Notes: generated by a model not told the origin, from the sequence alone. DNA of 63,320 bases, filler included, from Octopus bimaculoides (GCF_001194135.2; 7 parts of 6 records of this genome joined end to end with filler, not necessarily neighbours in it), one strand, 5' to 3'. Positions 24,905 to 37,965 are shown, numbered from the whole stretch's first letter. Program-made: numbers and translations.

Positions 24905-25178
24905 GTTCTATCTAGTAAGACTAAGAAGAAATAACAGAAACTTGTTACAAGGTGTGTGCACCACAGGAGAGATCTTCAGAGGGAGAACTCTCATCCGACA
25001 AGTGTTTCGGCCTATATACATGATACTCTACAAGAGCTGGGCCCACCCAGATCATAACACCTAGGTGTCCTCCTGCTGCTTTCCAAAATCTTGTCTCCAG
25101 TGGGATTTGAACCTGGGTCATTCTTTTTGTGCATTTGTGTTCCCAAGTCTGTACTACAGACTACTAGGCCACTCTGAC
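24905..25178 (-). mobile_element. tRNA-headed element not matching families A-D
   Basis: A-box-like GTCAGAGTGGCCTAGTAGT and B-box GGTTCAAATCCC (25102-25113 on the plus strand), followed by a body unique in this window. Confidence 0.45.
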
Positions 25179-25935
25179 CAATGAAGGAATGAGTTCCTGT
25201 CTTCCTTCTATTCTTGTAAGTAACCAACAAAATCCATAACTTGGTCCTTTGGTCATTCCTCTTCACCCATATCCACATTGAGCTCTTTTCAGCAACATCA
25301 GACTATGGAAGAATGCATACACCGTAAGTGCTGCACCATGAGATTGAATGAACCAAGGTCTTGTAATATGAAAGCAAATTTCTGATGACATGGCCACATT
25401 AAGTAACATATCCAGACTAAACTATCTTGCAATATTTAGTCTTGCATTCTTGTTCTGTGTTCAAATTCTACCAAGGTTGACTTTACCTTTCATCCTTTTG
25501 AGATCGATAAAATAAGTACTAGTTGACCACTGGCACCGATGTAATCGACTTAGCCCCACCCCTGAAATTGCTGGCCTTGTGCTAAAATTTGAAATCAATA
25601 TTTAGTTTTGCTAACGTTGGGAGCTGGCAGAATGGTTAGCATGCTGGGGAAAATGCTTAGCATCACTTCGTCTATATCCTATGTTCTGAGTTCAAATTCT
25701 GCCGATGTCAGCTTTGTCTTTCATTCTTTCGGGTTTGATAAAATAAGCATCAGTTGAGTACTGGAGTTGATGTAATTGACTCACCCACCCACCAGAACTG
25801 CTAGACGTGTGCCAAAATTTGAAACTAATATTTATTCTAACTAGTTCTTTCTTTTATTGTTCCAATAAAAATTGTTTCACATTCTCTCGTCACTGTTCCA
25901 AAAATGAATATTCAGTCTTACTCTCATACATTTAG

Positions 25936-26102
25936 GAATCTCAGCCACAGTAAATAGGAAAGCTGTCCTAATTATATTTTGTCAGTCAAGGAGATGCAGT
26001 ACTAAAACTTAGCAACACCTATGCACTCACATCATATTTTTATGTGCATAGTATGACAAATATATCTTCCTGGTGTATGTACTGGAGTTTAGTATTACAT
26101 AG
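25936..26102 (+). pseudogene. Possible disabled CFAP65-like exon
   Basis: AG/GT flanks; ESQPQ*IGKLS*LYF loosely matches the remembered CFAP65 EEPLQ...SLYF. It has multiple stops and the evidence is weak. Confidence 0.2.
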
Positions 26103-26206
26103 GTATATCTTAATGTATGGTTATCACTCTCGGTACATGTCCTCAGATTGATATCCAAACACTCTGAAATGTCTTATAAATGAAAATTAGTAACAAATTA
26201 TAAATA

Positions 26207-26422
26207 TGAGGAGGTGCTGAAAAATTCCTGGCTTTAAGCGAATCACAAAAGATCTGGCTGGAGGCCCAACCTTCCAGGATCTTTTGCAGGGCTTAGAAAC
26301 CTGAAGGATCACTGCAATAAGTGTGTGAATTTAAGAAAGGAAATTGTTGAATAAAGTCATAGTTAACATATTTTGTATTTTCTTTTACCAAAAGCCAGGA
26401 ACATTTCAGCATTCCCTTGTAT
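26207..26422. mobile_element. Mariner-type MITE (about 215 bp)
   Basis: TIR TA(T/C)GAGG.GGTGCTGAAAA.TTCCTGGCTTT. Homologous copies lie at 47850-48072 and, partially, 31995-32127. Confidence 0.75.
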
Positions 26423-26611
26423 ATAATCTTTATGTATATTTTAAAAATATAAAAGTTTTAAAGAAGTTATTATGTCTAATCATTTTCCTGTATTTTAACA
26501 TTTCCACAGAGTGAGATAAATCTTTAAAATTATGTCAGAATGGAAGGCAGATGTTAAACGATGATGATAGGGATAATAAGATAAAATACAGAGTGAAATA
26601 GCTGCTCCATA

Positions 26612-27190
26612 ATCATCATCATCATCATCATTTAATGTTGGCTTTCTATGTTGGGGTGGTGGGTTGGACTGTTTGACATTAGAGCTGGCTAGCAGGAAGC
26701 AGTCCAAACTCCAACTGTCTGTTTTGGCATGATTTCTATGGTTAGATGCCCATCCTAGTGCCAACCACTTAACAGAGTGTGCTAAGTGCGTTGTGTATGC
26801 CACTGGCATGGTTGCATTTACACAGCAGTGGTGTAGGTGTGTTAACGTAGCCCTGGCATGGGTGCTTTTTAAGTATTGAAGGCAGTGATTTTATTTAGCT
26901 TGATTTGTCTTATCATGTACAGCAAATTGCCATGTCTCTCAGTCCTTCGTCATTTCCTCAGTGAGGTCCAATTTCCAAAGATCCTTTCTCACCACTTTGT
27001 CCCACGTCTTCCTGGATCTACCCCTTCCACAAGTACCCTCCACACTTGGAGCTTGGCACTTCATTATGCAGTTGTCTTCATCCACACGCATCACATGACC
27101 AAACCAGCACAGTCTTCTCTCTTGCACACATCTGATGCTTCTTATACCCAGTTTTCCTCTTAAATCATTTACAATCTGTTGTGCATGCAC
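26612..27190 (-). mobile_element. 5'-truncated RTE LINE with 3' UTR and (GAT)n tail
   Basis: RRLCWFGHVMRVDED...VEGTCGRGRSRKTWDKVVRKDL, ending in (ATC)n on the plus strand. Confidence 0.88.
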
Positions 27191-28984
27191 GTAAAAATTA
27201 ATAATAAATTTCTGTTAAAAAGAGGGTGAAAGAAACAACTGAAAACTATTAATTTTTTATGCTATATGAATCTGGTTAACACTGCATCAGTTTTTGTTTC
27301 TTTAAACTTATTTAAAGACCTTCATTTTTATTTGTTCATATTTGATTCAGAACCTCCCATCATAAATTTCTTTAAAATCAATTTTGCATTTTACTAGTTA
27401 AGTTGCCAACAACAGCTTAATAATTTTTTTAAAAAACTGTAATTTACTAAATCTTACCAATTTGCCGGTCATCTTAAAAATTAATTAGAAATCATAGGTA
27501 ATGTATTTTATTAGATATATGGTCACAAATGTGTTAAGTGTATAGAATACAGAAGCATTATTTTTTAAAAGAATATAAAGAGATTGTCATTTAATTTAAT
27601 TTAATTTGTTTATATGTTTTTCTTTTTGTTCCCCATTGAGTAGTGGTGGTGGTGGATGTTCTATTTTAGCTGTGTTATGAATAATTTAATGTCTTTTATT
27701 GAACATTTGCTTATTTATCTATTTGTTCGTTTATGAGTTTAACATTTTGACAGTGTTACTTTGAAGTACTTTGTAAATTGTATCTGAAATATTGAATGTA
27801 CTTAATAGTTTTCTTATAGTTTCATACATTACAAATTCATAAGGGAGTTGTAGTATTGTTTACTCTAATTATTGAATTTCTTCACACAGGGAGATTTCTC
27901 TTGAAAGAACATCAGTCAATCTTTTCTTGAATTATTTATTTATTCATTCTGTTTTTGTCTTAAATGTTATTCATTATAATTGATATTGACTGATGGCAAT
28001 GAGGAAGGGATATAATCTTTTTAAAGACAATTCCATTTGAATACAAAACCGTATTTATGTTATTTGCACATGGAGGAATGAAATGGCAAGAGACCAACTT
28101 TCTGATGAATTGGAACAGAAAAACATTTGATAGAGGAAACAAAACACTGTCATGTCTTTGTTCCTGATTTTGTCCATTCTTTTATCTAAATTTGTGCAAG
28201 TAAATGATCAAAGACATGCCACCATGACTATCTTGATGAGATAATTTTGAGGCCTACATTTGTCAAATGATTCTTTCCTTTTTTCTGACAATAGGATATA
28301 ATTTCAGAAAAGGTAGTGAACAGTCAGACATGCTAAGTCATTGAGTAGAAAACCTTGTGGAAAGTGTTTTATCGCACTCTGAGTTCAAATTTGACTTTCA
28401 TCATTTAAATGTTGATAAAAGAAAGCATCAGTGCTGGGCAGTGCATTGGGGAAAGCTATCAAAGTGCTGAAAGACCTGCCCTGTAGCATCTGATCTGGTT
28501 CTTTGCCTTCTGATTTCAAATTACGCACACACTCACACATCCTCACACGATCTTCTTCAAGTTATGACGGATATGCATGCACACCATCACCGTATTTCTC
28601 TGCATACAATGCACACCCCAACAACATACACATATACAACCTACACACATATGCCATACATACACTGCTTTACAATCACAGCACAGTACACACCATCACC
28701 ATACACAAACACAAAAGAATGTTTGTAAACACATGCACACAACACACACACTTTGTACCTACAACACAACTTAACAGATATCTAGTCAACTTGCTCATTC
28801 ATTAACTCCCTTTTCCATGGCTCTTTTAGTTGTAAAATAACATATTTAACTTCTTCCTCTTCTATCTACTATTCACTTCAGAGAATGCTACTCATCTAAC
28901 TCTACGAACAGTTTCATTCCACAAATCCAATTTCTTTTTATTTTTTCTCTGTTCTTGCTTTTCCTTTCTTATTGTTTCTCTAAG

Positions 28985-29140
28985 GTTGGATCACCATCTG
29001 AAAAACACAGAATGCATTGTAATCAACTTGCTTTACTTTTGGCGATGAACTAATATTTTAATATTACACATGATACAAATGTTTGTAAAAAGAAATCTCC
29101 TTTGAGCAATGCAGGTGAAGAGTTAGACAAATTATGTAAG
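28985..29140 (+). pseudogene. Candidate CFAP65-like exon containing an in-frame TAA
   Basis: A long polypyrimidine tract and AG at 28983-28984, GT at 29141, 156 nt, and phase-0 compatibility with the exon at 29365. TAA lies at 29051-29053 and the other two frames are also closed. Confidence 0.35.
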
Positions 29141-29364
29141 GTGATGTCAATGAATTAAATCCAAGAGAAAATATATTGTATAACATTACACAGTTTATTT
29201 AGTGATCCTATAATATTTTGGGAAAGATTCCCCTTTTGAAATAGAAAAACAAAAACAGTAGAGAAATGTGAAGTTACTTGCTGGCATTTATATTTTTCCT
29301 ATGACACCACCCTAAATTACCATTTGTTTATATTTTGAAGTCTTTGCTCTGCTTCTGATTTCAG

Positions 29365-29521
29365 ATTGAACCAATTTATACTAATTTTGGTGATGTTATA
29401 GTTGGCTGTACTGCTGATAAAGATATACTTTTATACAACCCAAAGAACTGTGACACACACTGCAAACTTTTGCTCAAACAAACGATGGATGGAATTGACT
29501 TACCATTTGAAAAATGCACAG
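29365..29521 (+). CDS. Internal exon, CFAP65-like (ASH/Ig-like repeat of a ciliary protein)
   Basis: Acceptor TTTCAG|, donor CAG|GTAACA, and an open 157-nt frame IEPIYTNFGDVIVGCTADKDILLYNPKNCDTHCKLLLKQTMDGIDLPFEKCT(G). It aligns ungapped to the human CFAP65 segment FGNVLV...LLNDGNCTLYYRLYLEQ as I remember it (about 11/32 identical). The assignment needs a database check. Confidence 0.6.
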
Positions 29522-30223
29522 GTAACATCGCCTTTCATTTCCTTCGTTTTTTTTTTTTCTGTCAATATGACCTCAGTAAATGGAACAATTCAACTGTAAC
29601 AAGAAGAAAATTTTACAAAATATGTAAACTAATACTGAAAAATTATGTTTGGAAATATCACGTGGTTCCAGGTTCAGTCCTACTGTGTGGCACTTCGGGC
29701 AAGTGTCTTTTCTACTATATTGTCAGGCTGACCAAAGCCTTGTGAGTGGATTTGGTAGACGGAAACTGAAAGAAGTCTGTCATATATGTGTTGTGTTTTG
29801 TGTGTGTGTTTGTTTGTGTGTACGTGTCTGGGTGTTTACATCCCTGTAACTTAGCAGTTTGGCAAAAGAGACCGGTAGAGTAAGTACTAGGCTTCAAAAA
29901 ATAAAAGAAAGTAATGGGTTGATTCATTTGATTAAAATTCTTGAAGGTGGTGCTCCAGCATGGCTGTAGTCTAATGACTGAAACAAGTAAAAGAATAAAA
30001 GTATAAAAGAATACATATATGAAGGTGTATTTACATATTTCTCTAAGGCCAAACCCATTGCATGCAAGTTTGGAAATGAGCAGCATTGCTCACATAGCAG
30101 TAGTGATGATCACTCACTGTCATCACGTGATGTCAAATCAAAGGCACACACACACAACACGTTTCTTTCCCTTTCTCTCAAACAGATCCACATACAAGGC
30201 TTTGGTCAGGATTCTCTTCTCTT

Positions 30224-30335
30224 GGCACTCCGTCGCTCACGACGTCCAAAGTTCCAGTTGATCCGATCAACGGAAGAGCCTGCTCGTGAAATTAACGTGC
30301 AAGTGGCTGAGCACTCCACAGACACGTGTACCCTT
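30224..30335 (-). mobile_element. Family A SINE 3' part, abutting the minisatellite
   Basis: Matches 45545-45655 and then switches directly into the 28-bp repeat. Confidence 0.85.
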
Positions 30336-30706
30336 TCCTGTAAGGTTCCGAGGATTTAAGATGAACTTCACGGAAAATTCCGAGGGTTTCCTGGAAAGTT
30401 CCAAGGATTTAAGATCAACTTCTTGGAAAGGATGAGCTACGTCCTGCAAAGTTCCGAGGATGGTTTTTCCTGGAAAGTTCCTAGGATTCCTCGAAAGTTC
30501 CGAGGATGAGCTACTTGCTGGAAAGTTCCAAAGAGATGGGAATTCCTGGAAAGTTCGGAAGAGAAGCTACTTCCTGAATAGCTTCGAAGATGGGAATTCC
30601 TGGAAAGTTCCGAGGATTTCCCTGAAAGTTCCGATGATGGTTCTTTCTCTAAAGTTCCGAGGATTCCTGGAAAGTTCCGAGGATGAGCTACTTCCTGGAA
30701 AGTTCT
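30336..30706 (+). repeat. Second array of the 26-28 bp minisatellite (about 12 units)
   Basis: Same core TTCCTGGAAAGTTCCGAGGAT and same orientation as 19644-20040. Confidence 0.9.
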
Positions 30707-31005
30707 GAGTATAACTTCTTTCTATGTTCATAATTCAAGAAATGTTTTAATGATTATACAGACGTCCATACAAATTCTTTCTTCACATGTCTTGAAGCCA
30801 TTTTCTGACAGGGCGTTGATGAATTCTTCAAACTGCCAGAGGCACCAATCGAAACAGGAGACCCGAAAGGATAAGGTTGAGAAACGCTGTTATAGATTAT
30901 GCCTAACTGAAAACAATCACAGCCACATCATCCAAACAGGCCGGGTGAAACCGGGTTTAGCTGCTCGTATATATATATATATGCATACATGTATCATCAT
31001 TGATG

Positions 31006-31063
<58 letters not shown>

Positions 31064-31789
31064 TAAATCTTTAAACATCTTAGATGTAGAGATAATTTTG
31101 CATAACCTTTCATAGCTAGGCTTTTGGTTAGAAATTTTCTTCATTTATTCTTACAGCTTACCTTGAACTTTCATTTACAGCACTTGTCTGATATAAAGCA
31201 TCAAATTAGATTTGACCCTCTTATTCTAAATGTGTTATGCATACAAGAATTGGCAGTTACAGAGCTTCATTCTCTTCGAGCCCACATGCAACGTAGCATG
31301 TCTCTTGTTTGGTATTTCTGAAGCCAGCTGGTAAAACTATGAAGAACCATCTTCCCTTTCTCTGTCTTTCCCAGTATTCCAGCTGTCACCAACTGAGCAG
31401 AGCTTTTACATATAAAGTGATGTCCAATAATCCAAGTCTTCTGGTTTTCCTGTACTGGAAACATTTCATTTCCAGTCTATGGTTTATAATCCTCACACAC
31501 ACATGCATGCATGCATTCACGCACGGACACACACACACAAATATACACACACACATACACACAAAGAAAATAGGTTCTTGAGTCATCAATTAACAATTAT
31601 TCTAAAACACCTTTCTATAAAAAACCTAATTACTACCCAACTCAAATTCACACGCCCAACCTTTACTCAATTTGATTTAAATTGAGTTAAAATGATTTTA
31701 ACTCAACAGAGACTATATATGGACAAAACTAAGTCCACTGCATTGTAATCTGATGATGGTTAAGCTGGTTGAAACTTCAAAGTTGCTGT

Positions 31790-31985
31790 CAACAACATTC
31801 TGGTCAACAAACTGAAGCCAGCAATTCACACCAGACGCCAAAGTCTATTGCTGAAGGAATTTCGTTGTTGCATGACAATGCACGCCCATACACTGCTGCC
31901 AAACCATAGAAACCATTAACTAATTAGGCTTTGCGCTGTTGGAACACCCTGCCTACAGCCCAGATCTTGCCCCTTTCAACTATCT
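31790..31985 (+). mobile_element. Mariner (DD34D-like) transposase relic
   Basis: NKLKPAI..RR..LL...LLHDNARP.TAA...LGFALLEHPAYSPDLAPFNY, with frameshifts. Confidence 0.8.
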
Positions 31986-32971
31986 TTTACAGGTCTTAGT
32001 AAAACTGAAGGGCTGCTGCAATAAGCATGTGAACCTAAGAGGGGAATATGTTGGATAAAATCATAATTAACTGAGTCTCCTGTGTTTTCTTTTACCCAAA
32101 GCCAGGAACTTTTCAGTACTCCCCTTACCCGCACACACACACAAACACCCTCTCTCCACACACATATGTATGACTGCCGAGTTTGTCCGGCCCCTCCACC
32201 ACTTGACAAGCGTTGGTTTATTTACATCCTCATTACTTAGACAGAATAAAAGCTAGTCTTTTAAACTTAAGAAAAATATTAACATAGAGAGATCGATTTC
32301 TTTAACTAAACCAGTAACTGAATCAAACATAAATCAAAATATGATAGGTAAATGGAAATCAGAAATGGAAGTATATAGATTTGTAGCATGATTGGTAATT
32401 GATACAAAATGGTAAGGCGGCAAGATGGCAGAATTGTTGGCATGCTGAGCAAAATGTTTATAGAATGAATTTCATCTGTTTTTACATTTTGAGTTCAAAT
32501 TTTTCTGAGGTTGACTTCGCTTTTTATCCCTTTGGGGTTGGTAAAATAAGTACCAGTTGAGGACTGGGGGCAATACAATTGACTTATCCCCTGCCTTGAA
32601 ATTTGTTAACCTTGTACCAAAATTTGAGACCAAAAGACCGAATGTGTATCACAGAACTGGTTTTCTGCAAACTCACCATGCACAACTAACACCAAAACCA
32701 GGGCTAAAATTCCCACCACCTCCATGCGATATAACACCACACTAAAACCAAGCTAAACCAAATCAAACCAAGCCAACCGCACAACATACTACAGCACACC
32801 GTTATCAGTAGCTACTTCATAATATTTTCATAGTTGATCATTATTTCAGGTCAATACGAAAATATTTAGTTTGCCAATTTGATATCAATTTATCTATTCC
32901 TTATAATGAGTAAACAATCGCATAGGGTCAGGCCAGCTGGAAATTGAAGAACTCTTACATGTTTCAGCTTT

Positions 32972-33008
<37 letters not shown>

Positions 33009-33357
33009 GATCTTTCCCTCACTGTATGTCTTTCTTTCCCTGATCTTTCCCCCTTTCCTTCTCTCTCTGCATCTGTCTCTCTGTTTCTCTCTCTCTCTCT
33101 CTCTCTGTTTCTCTCTTACTTTCCATTTTGCAACAATACACACATGCAGAGATATACATGCATACGCACATGCAAACACACGTGCACACACGTACGCACA
33201 TACATATATGCATGCAAATCTATTGATTCAAGCAGATGTTCCCTGTTTATCGGATTGNNNNNNNNNNNNNNNNNNNNNNNNNNNNNNNNNNNNNNNNNNN
33301 NTTAATTAATTAANNNNNNNNNNNNNNNNNNNNNNNNNNNNNNNNNNNNNNNNNNNN

Positions 33358-33391
<34 letters not shown>

Positions 33392-34158
33392 ACATAAATT
33401 GCACTGTATTGGTACTCTCATGTTTAAAATAGCTATAAACAGGTTTCACACTTTAATCATCAAGATAACTACTTGTCAGTGAGACATTAATATTTAATTA
33501 TTTTGCGGATTAAATGAAGAATAATTATTTGACGGTAATCCGATATGAAAGCTCTCCTTTTATCGGAAAGAAAAAAAAAGACGTACATTTTTGGGAGAGT
33601 AAATGAAAACCGTATGTAAATGATAGAATTACCGTTAATTTATACAACACTGACAGTTCTATGATGGCTGTCCTTTGTTGGAAGAGAGTAAAGTGCAATG
33701 CTTAAGTTGCAGACGACAGCAACAGTAATGGCGGAATTTTGTGAAACTGTAATAAGAGTGGAAGTAATATATTTGAAGAGAGGTAAATATCTTTGGTATA
33801 CTAATTAGCAACACATAATCTGGCATAGGTAAAGGAAAACTTGTGGAAACATGGTGGTCGTTGAGTGCAATATGTGCTGGGAATAATATCACGATTTATA
33901 ATGTAATCAGTATGGGGAGAAAGATTTAACACTTGGTCGTTAGAATCGTCATCGTCATCATCGTCATCATTATATCCTCATTACCATCAACTGACGTTTG
34001 GAATTATATGTATCCTTCAAAAAATACTGAACTTTTTTATAAAAGTAACTTAACAAGTTTAAATAATAGTTTAGACGGTATTCGCACGCGTGTATGAACA
34101 TACATATACAGATTATAGATTTCACACATACATACACTTGTGTATGTACCTCTCTCAG

Positions 34159-34189
<31 letters not shown>

Positions 34190-34410
34190 ATCTTATAGAA
34201 AGTGTTGAACAGAAATGCAGGAATTTCACAGTGCGTTTACAACCCCACACGGTATGTTTGATGCTCCCACACTGGAATAAAATCGATTTAAGCAAAAAAG
34301 TACTCAATACTGTCAGGTAGAGTGGAATATTAATTAAAGGTGCATCGAAGTGAGAAGATTCTGGCTTTGAAGTGTGTGTATGTGTGCATGTAAGAGAGAA
34401 GTGTATTATA

Positions 34411-34444
<34 letters not shown>

Positions 34445-35341
34445 TCACTACGAACCAGTGTTTCTCAATTTAAGAAAATAACAAAACAATAGAAATCGAA
34501 ATGATTGTAGCATCAATTCCAACAGCAACACCACAGCCACTACCAACTTCATCATCACACCCAGCATCGCTTTCTATACCACCACCACCACCACCACCAC
34601 CACCACACTACATCNNNNNNNNNNNNNNNNNNNNNNNNNNNNNNNNNNNNNNNNNNNNNNNNNNNNNNNNNNNNNNNNNNNNNNNNNNNNNNNNNNNNNN
34701 NNNNNNNNNNNNNNNNNNNNNNNNNNNNNNNNNNNNNNNNNNNNNNNNNNNNNNNNNNNNNNNNNNNNNNNNNNNNNNNNNNNNNNNNNNNNNNNNNNNN
34801 NNNNNNNNNNNNNNNNNNNNNNNNNNNNNNNNNNNNNNNNNNNNNNNNNNNNNNNNNNNNNNNNNNNNNNNNNNNNNNNNNNNNNNNNNNNNNNNNNNNN
34901 NNNNNNNNNNNNNNNNNNNNNNNNNNNNNNNNNNNNNNNNNNNNNNNNNNNNNNNNNNNNNNNNNNNNNNNNNNNNNNNNNNNNNNNNNNNNNNNNNNNN
35001 NNNNNNNNNNNNNNNNNNNNNNNNNNNNNNNNNNNNNNNNNNNNNNNNNNNNNNNNNNNNNNNNNNNNNNNNNNNNNNNNNNNNNNNNNNNNNNNNNNNN
35101 NNNNNNNNNNNNNNNNNNNNNNNNNNNNNNNNNNNNNNNNNNNNNNNNNNNNNNNNNNNNNNNNNNNNNNNNNNNNNNNNNNNNNNNNNNNNNNNNNNNN
35201 NNNNNNNNNNNNNNNNNNNNNNNNNNNNNNNNNNNNNNNNNNNNNNNNNNNNNNNNNNNNNNNNNNNNNNNNNNNNNNNNNNNNNNNNNNNNNNNNNNNN
35301 NNNNNNNNNNNNNNNNNNNNNNNNNNNNNNNNNNNNNNNNN

Positions 35342-35388
<47 letters not shown>

Positions 35389-36087
35389 GTATGTGAACAT
35401 ATGCCAGTGTTTGTAGAAAGACAGACAGATGATAAAAAGCGTGGCGTAAGGAATGTATTTATATGAACAATTGCGTATACAAGTTGCACAATGTAGTAAG
35501 TTTCATCCTTACAGCTGTTTCAATGATTGATAATTCGCTGATATAACAACGCATATTATGCAAGAAGGTGCAATACTGAGGCATATTGCAAGCCATACAT
35601 AAAAGCAAAGTAACAACAAGCTCATAATTTTGATAGCACAGAATAGTAGAATGAGGATATTCTCTTCAGAAGGTGAAGGGTTTGTCAATTTCATCACTGT
35701 AAACGGATTGATCAAGTGATTGGATCGTTGAAGGCTGTGACCAATGAGTCGCTATTTTCCACAAAACACGATACGGAATAAATAAACATCTATATAAACA
35801 ATGCTGTCTTGTTGAAGTAGATTTTTCTTTAACTACAGTATTTTCCACTCAATCTCTTGCCCTATGTGCCACGAAATTATCAATATCCCCTCAAGTGTTA
35901 CGTGTGTGTGTGTGTGTGTGTGTGCTCATTATGAGAGATGTTCTCTATTTTAATCTCAACTGAGTCTCTTCTACAAATGGCATCGCATATTGTTTCAGTG
36001 ATATCACATACGTAATAATTTATGGTCACAGCAGTGTGACATAATATTTTCGGTCGGATTTTGGAATTTTAAAAATTTCAATATTTC

Positions 36088-36410
36088 TTATTTCTTTATT
36101 GTCCACAAGGGGCTAAACATAGAGGGGACAAACAAGGACAAACAAAGGGATTAAGTCGATTACATCGACCTCAGTACGTAACTGGTACTTAATTTATCGA
36201 CCCCGAAAGGATGAAAGGTAAAGTCGACCTCAGTGGAATTTGAGCTCAGAACGTAACGGCAGACGAAATACCTATTTCTTTACTGCCCACAAGGGTCTGC
36301 ACACAGAGGGGACAAACAAGAACAGACAAACGGATTAAGTCGATTATATCGACCCCAGTGCGTAAATGGGAGAATCGTTAGCACGTCAGACAAAACGCTT
36401 AGTGGCATTT
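36088..36410 (-). mobile_element. Two tandem family B SINEs
   Basis: The tail motif TATTTCTTTA(T/C)TG(T/C)CCACAAGGG occurs twice, at about 36088 and 36272. Confidence 0.8.
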
Positions 36411-37965
36411 NNNNNNNNNNNNNNNNNNNNNNNNNNNNNNNNNNNNNNNNNNNNNNNNNNNNNNNNNNNNNNNNNNNNNNNNNNNNNNNNNNNNNNNNNN
36501 NNNNNNNNNNNNNNNNNNNNNNNNNNNNNNNNNNNNNNNNNNNNNNNNNNNNNNNNNNNNNNNNNNNNNNNNNNNNNNNNNNNNNNNNNNNNNNNNNNNN
36601 NNNNNNNNNNNNNNNNNNNNNNNNNNNNNNNNNNNNNNNNNNNNNNNNNNNNNNNNNNNNNNNNNNNNNNNNNNNNNNNNNNNNNNNNNNNNNNNNNNNN
36701 NNNNNNNNNNNNNNNNNNNNNNNNNNNNNNNNNNNNNNNNNNNNNNNNNNNNNNNNNNNNNNNNNNNNNNNNNNNNNNNNNNNNNNNNNNNNNNNNNNNN
36801 NNNNNNNNNNNNNNNNNNNNNNNNNNNNNNNNNNNNNNNNNNNNNNNNNNNNNNNNNNNNNNNNNNNNNNNNNNNNNNNNNNNNNNNNNNNNNNNNNNNN
36901 NTGTTGCCGCTGTTTAGTAACTGCTACCTGGGTGGTGATACCACATGACATTTGAAGGTTTGTCTGCACTGATCTTAGAACTAACCTCCCCCCACCACTC
37001 TTTGCTTATGAAATAAAGTCTGCCATTATCGCATTTTTTCTGAAGAAGCATCCAGTTGATGTTAGGTTCTTATGGGTTTCAGATCTGCTAAATATCTCAA
37101 ATGTTGCGGAAGGAGACTATTTGACGCAATTGCTTGAACTCTGACGCTTTGGCTTAACTAACTTGACATTTAGCCTGTTTTGGCAAGACTATGGGGGGGG
37201 GGGGCTGGAAGCAAACACGCATGCGCGTAGAAATATAGACATACAGATTGATGAAGTGAGCGAGATAAAGAGATGGAGAGAGAAAATGAGAGAAGCGTTA
37301 AAACGTCTGATGTCAAATAAGTCACCATCGAAGCATCCACGTCAAGTAAGAGTCACCAAAAAGGTCTCATACCCCAAATGTTGGCGTCAGTACTGATACT
37401 GCAAACATTGGTAAGGATACTAATACTGCCAATACATTGTAGGATATTGCTTTGTTGCAAGAATAAAGCTCTGAAGCCTAATATAATAAATCTTTGGTCA
37501 CCCTTTGCTCACAGTACCGTTCTATGATACATTTAAATCAATATCTGTTTATTTATAGAGCACATTGTTTGGAATAGAAGAGTTAGAGAGACCCTTAACG
37601 CATGTTTGGAGAAACAATATTTTTTCGCGTTCAACTATCAAACATAAATTTCATTCACTAAATTTCATTCACTAAATTTCATTCACTAAATTTCATCCCA
37701 GTATCAACGGAAAATGTTACTTGATCCAGTTTTCTCAAGAGTGTAAATGTTTTTAGTTAAGATCTTTAGATTGCGTCCATAAAGAAATCATGACCTACAT
37801 TAGTGTACCTTCTTGCTGTAGACCCAGACACAACTTGTGGATTTTCTTAAAAAGAAAAAGCAGTGGATTAAGAACCAAAATAAACCGAAACACAGATACA
37901 GTGTTTCTTTGGAATATTGCCTTTGAAATATTTATAACAATGAAGACAATCGTTTCGTTTTCCAG

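Noticed and set aside
25291-25321. Micro-exon with AG and GTAAGT flanks
   Set aside because: The surrounding sequence is a highly decayed family C SINE head.
31181-31311. Open exon-like frame HLSDIKHQIRFDPLILNVLCIQELAVTELHSLRAHMQRSMSLVW
   Set aside because: The acceptor is good, but it is phase-incompatible with the phase-1 end of exon 29365-29521 and I recognise no homology. Not called.
35512-35664. Minus-strand open frames ending at a GTAAGG donor
   Set aside because: Two frames are open, no domain is recognisable, and there are no partner exons; it cannot be distinguished from chance.
37038-37070. CTGAAGAA followed by a hairpin as a second hammerhead
   Set aside because: There is no GAAA after stem II. 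Other CTGATGA hits (1240, 25382, 28102, 31750) also lack a pairable stem II plus GAAA.
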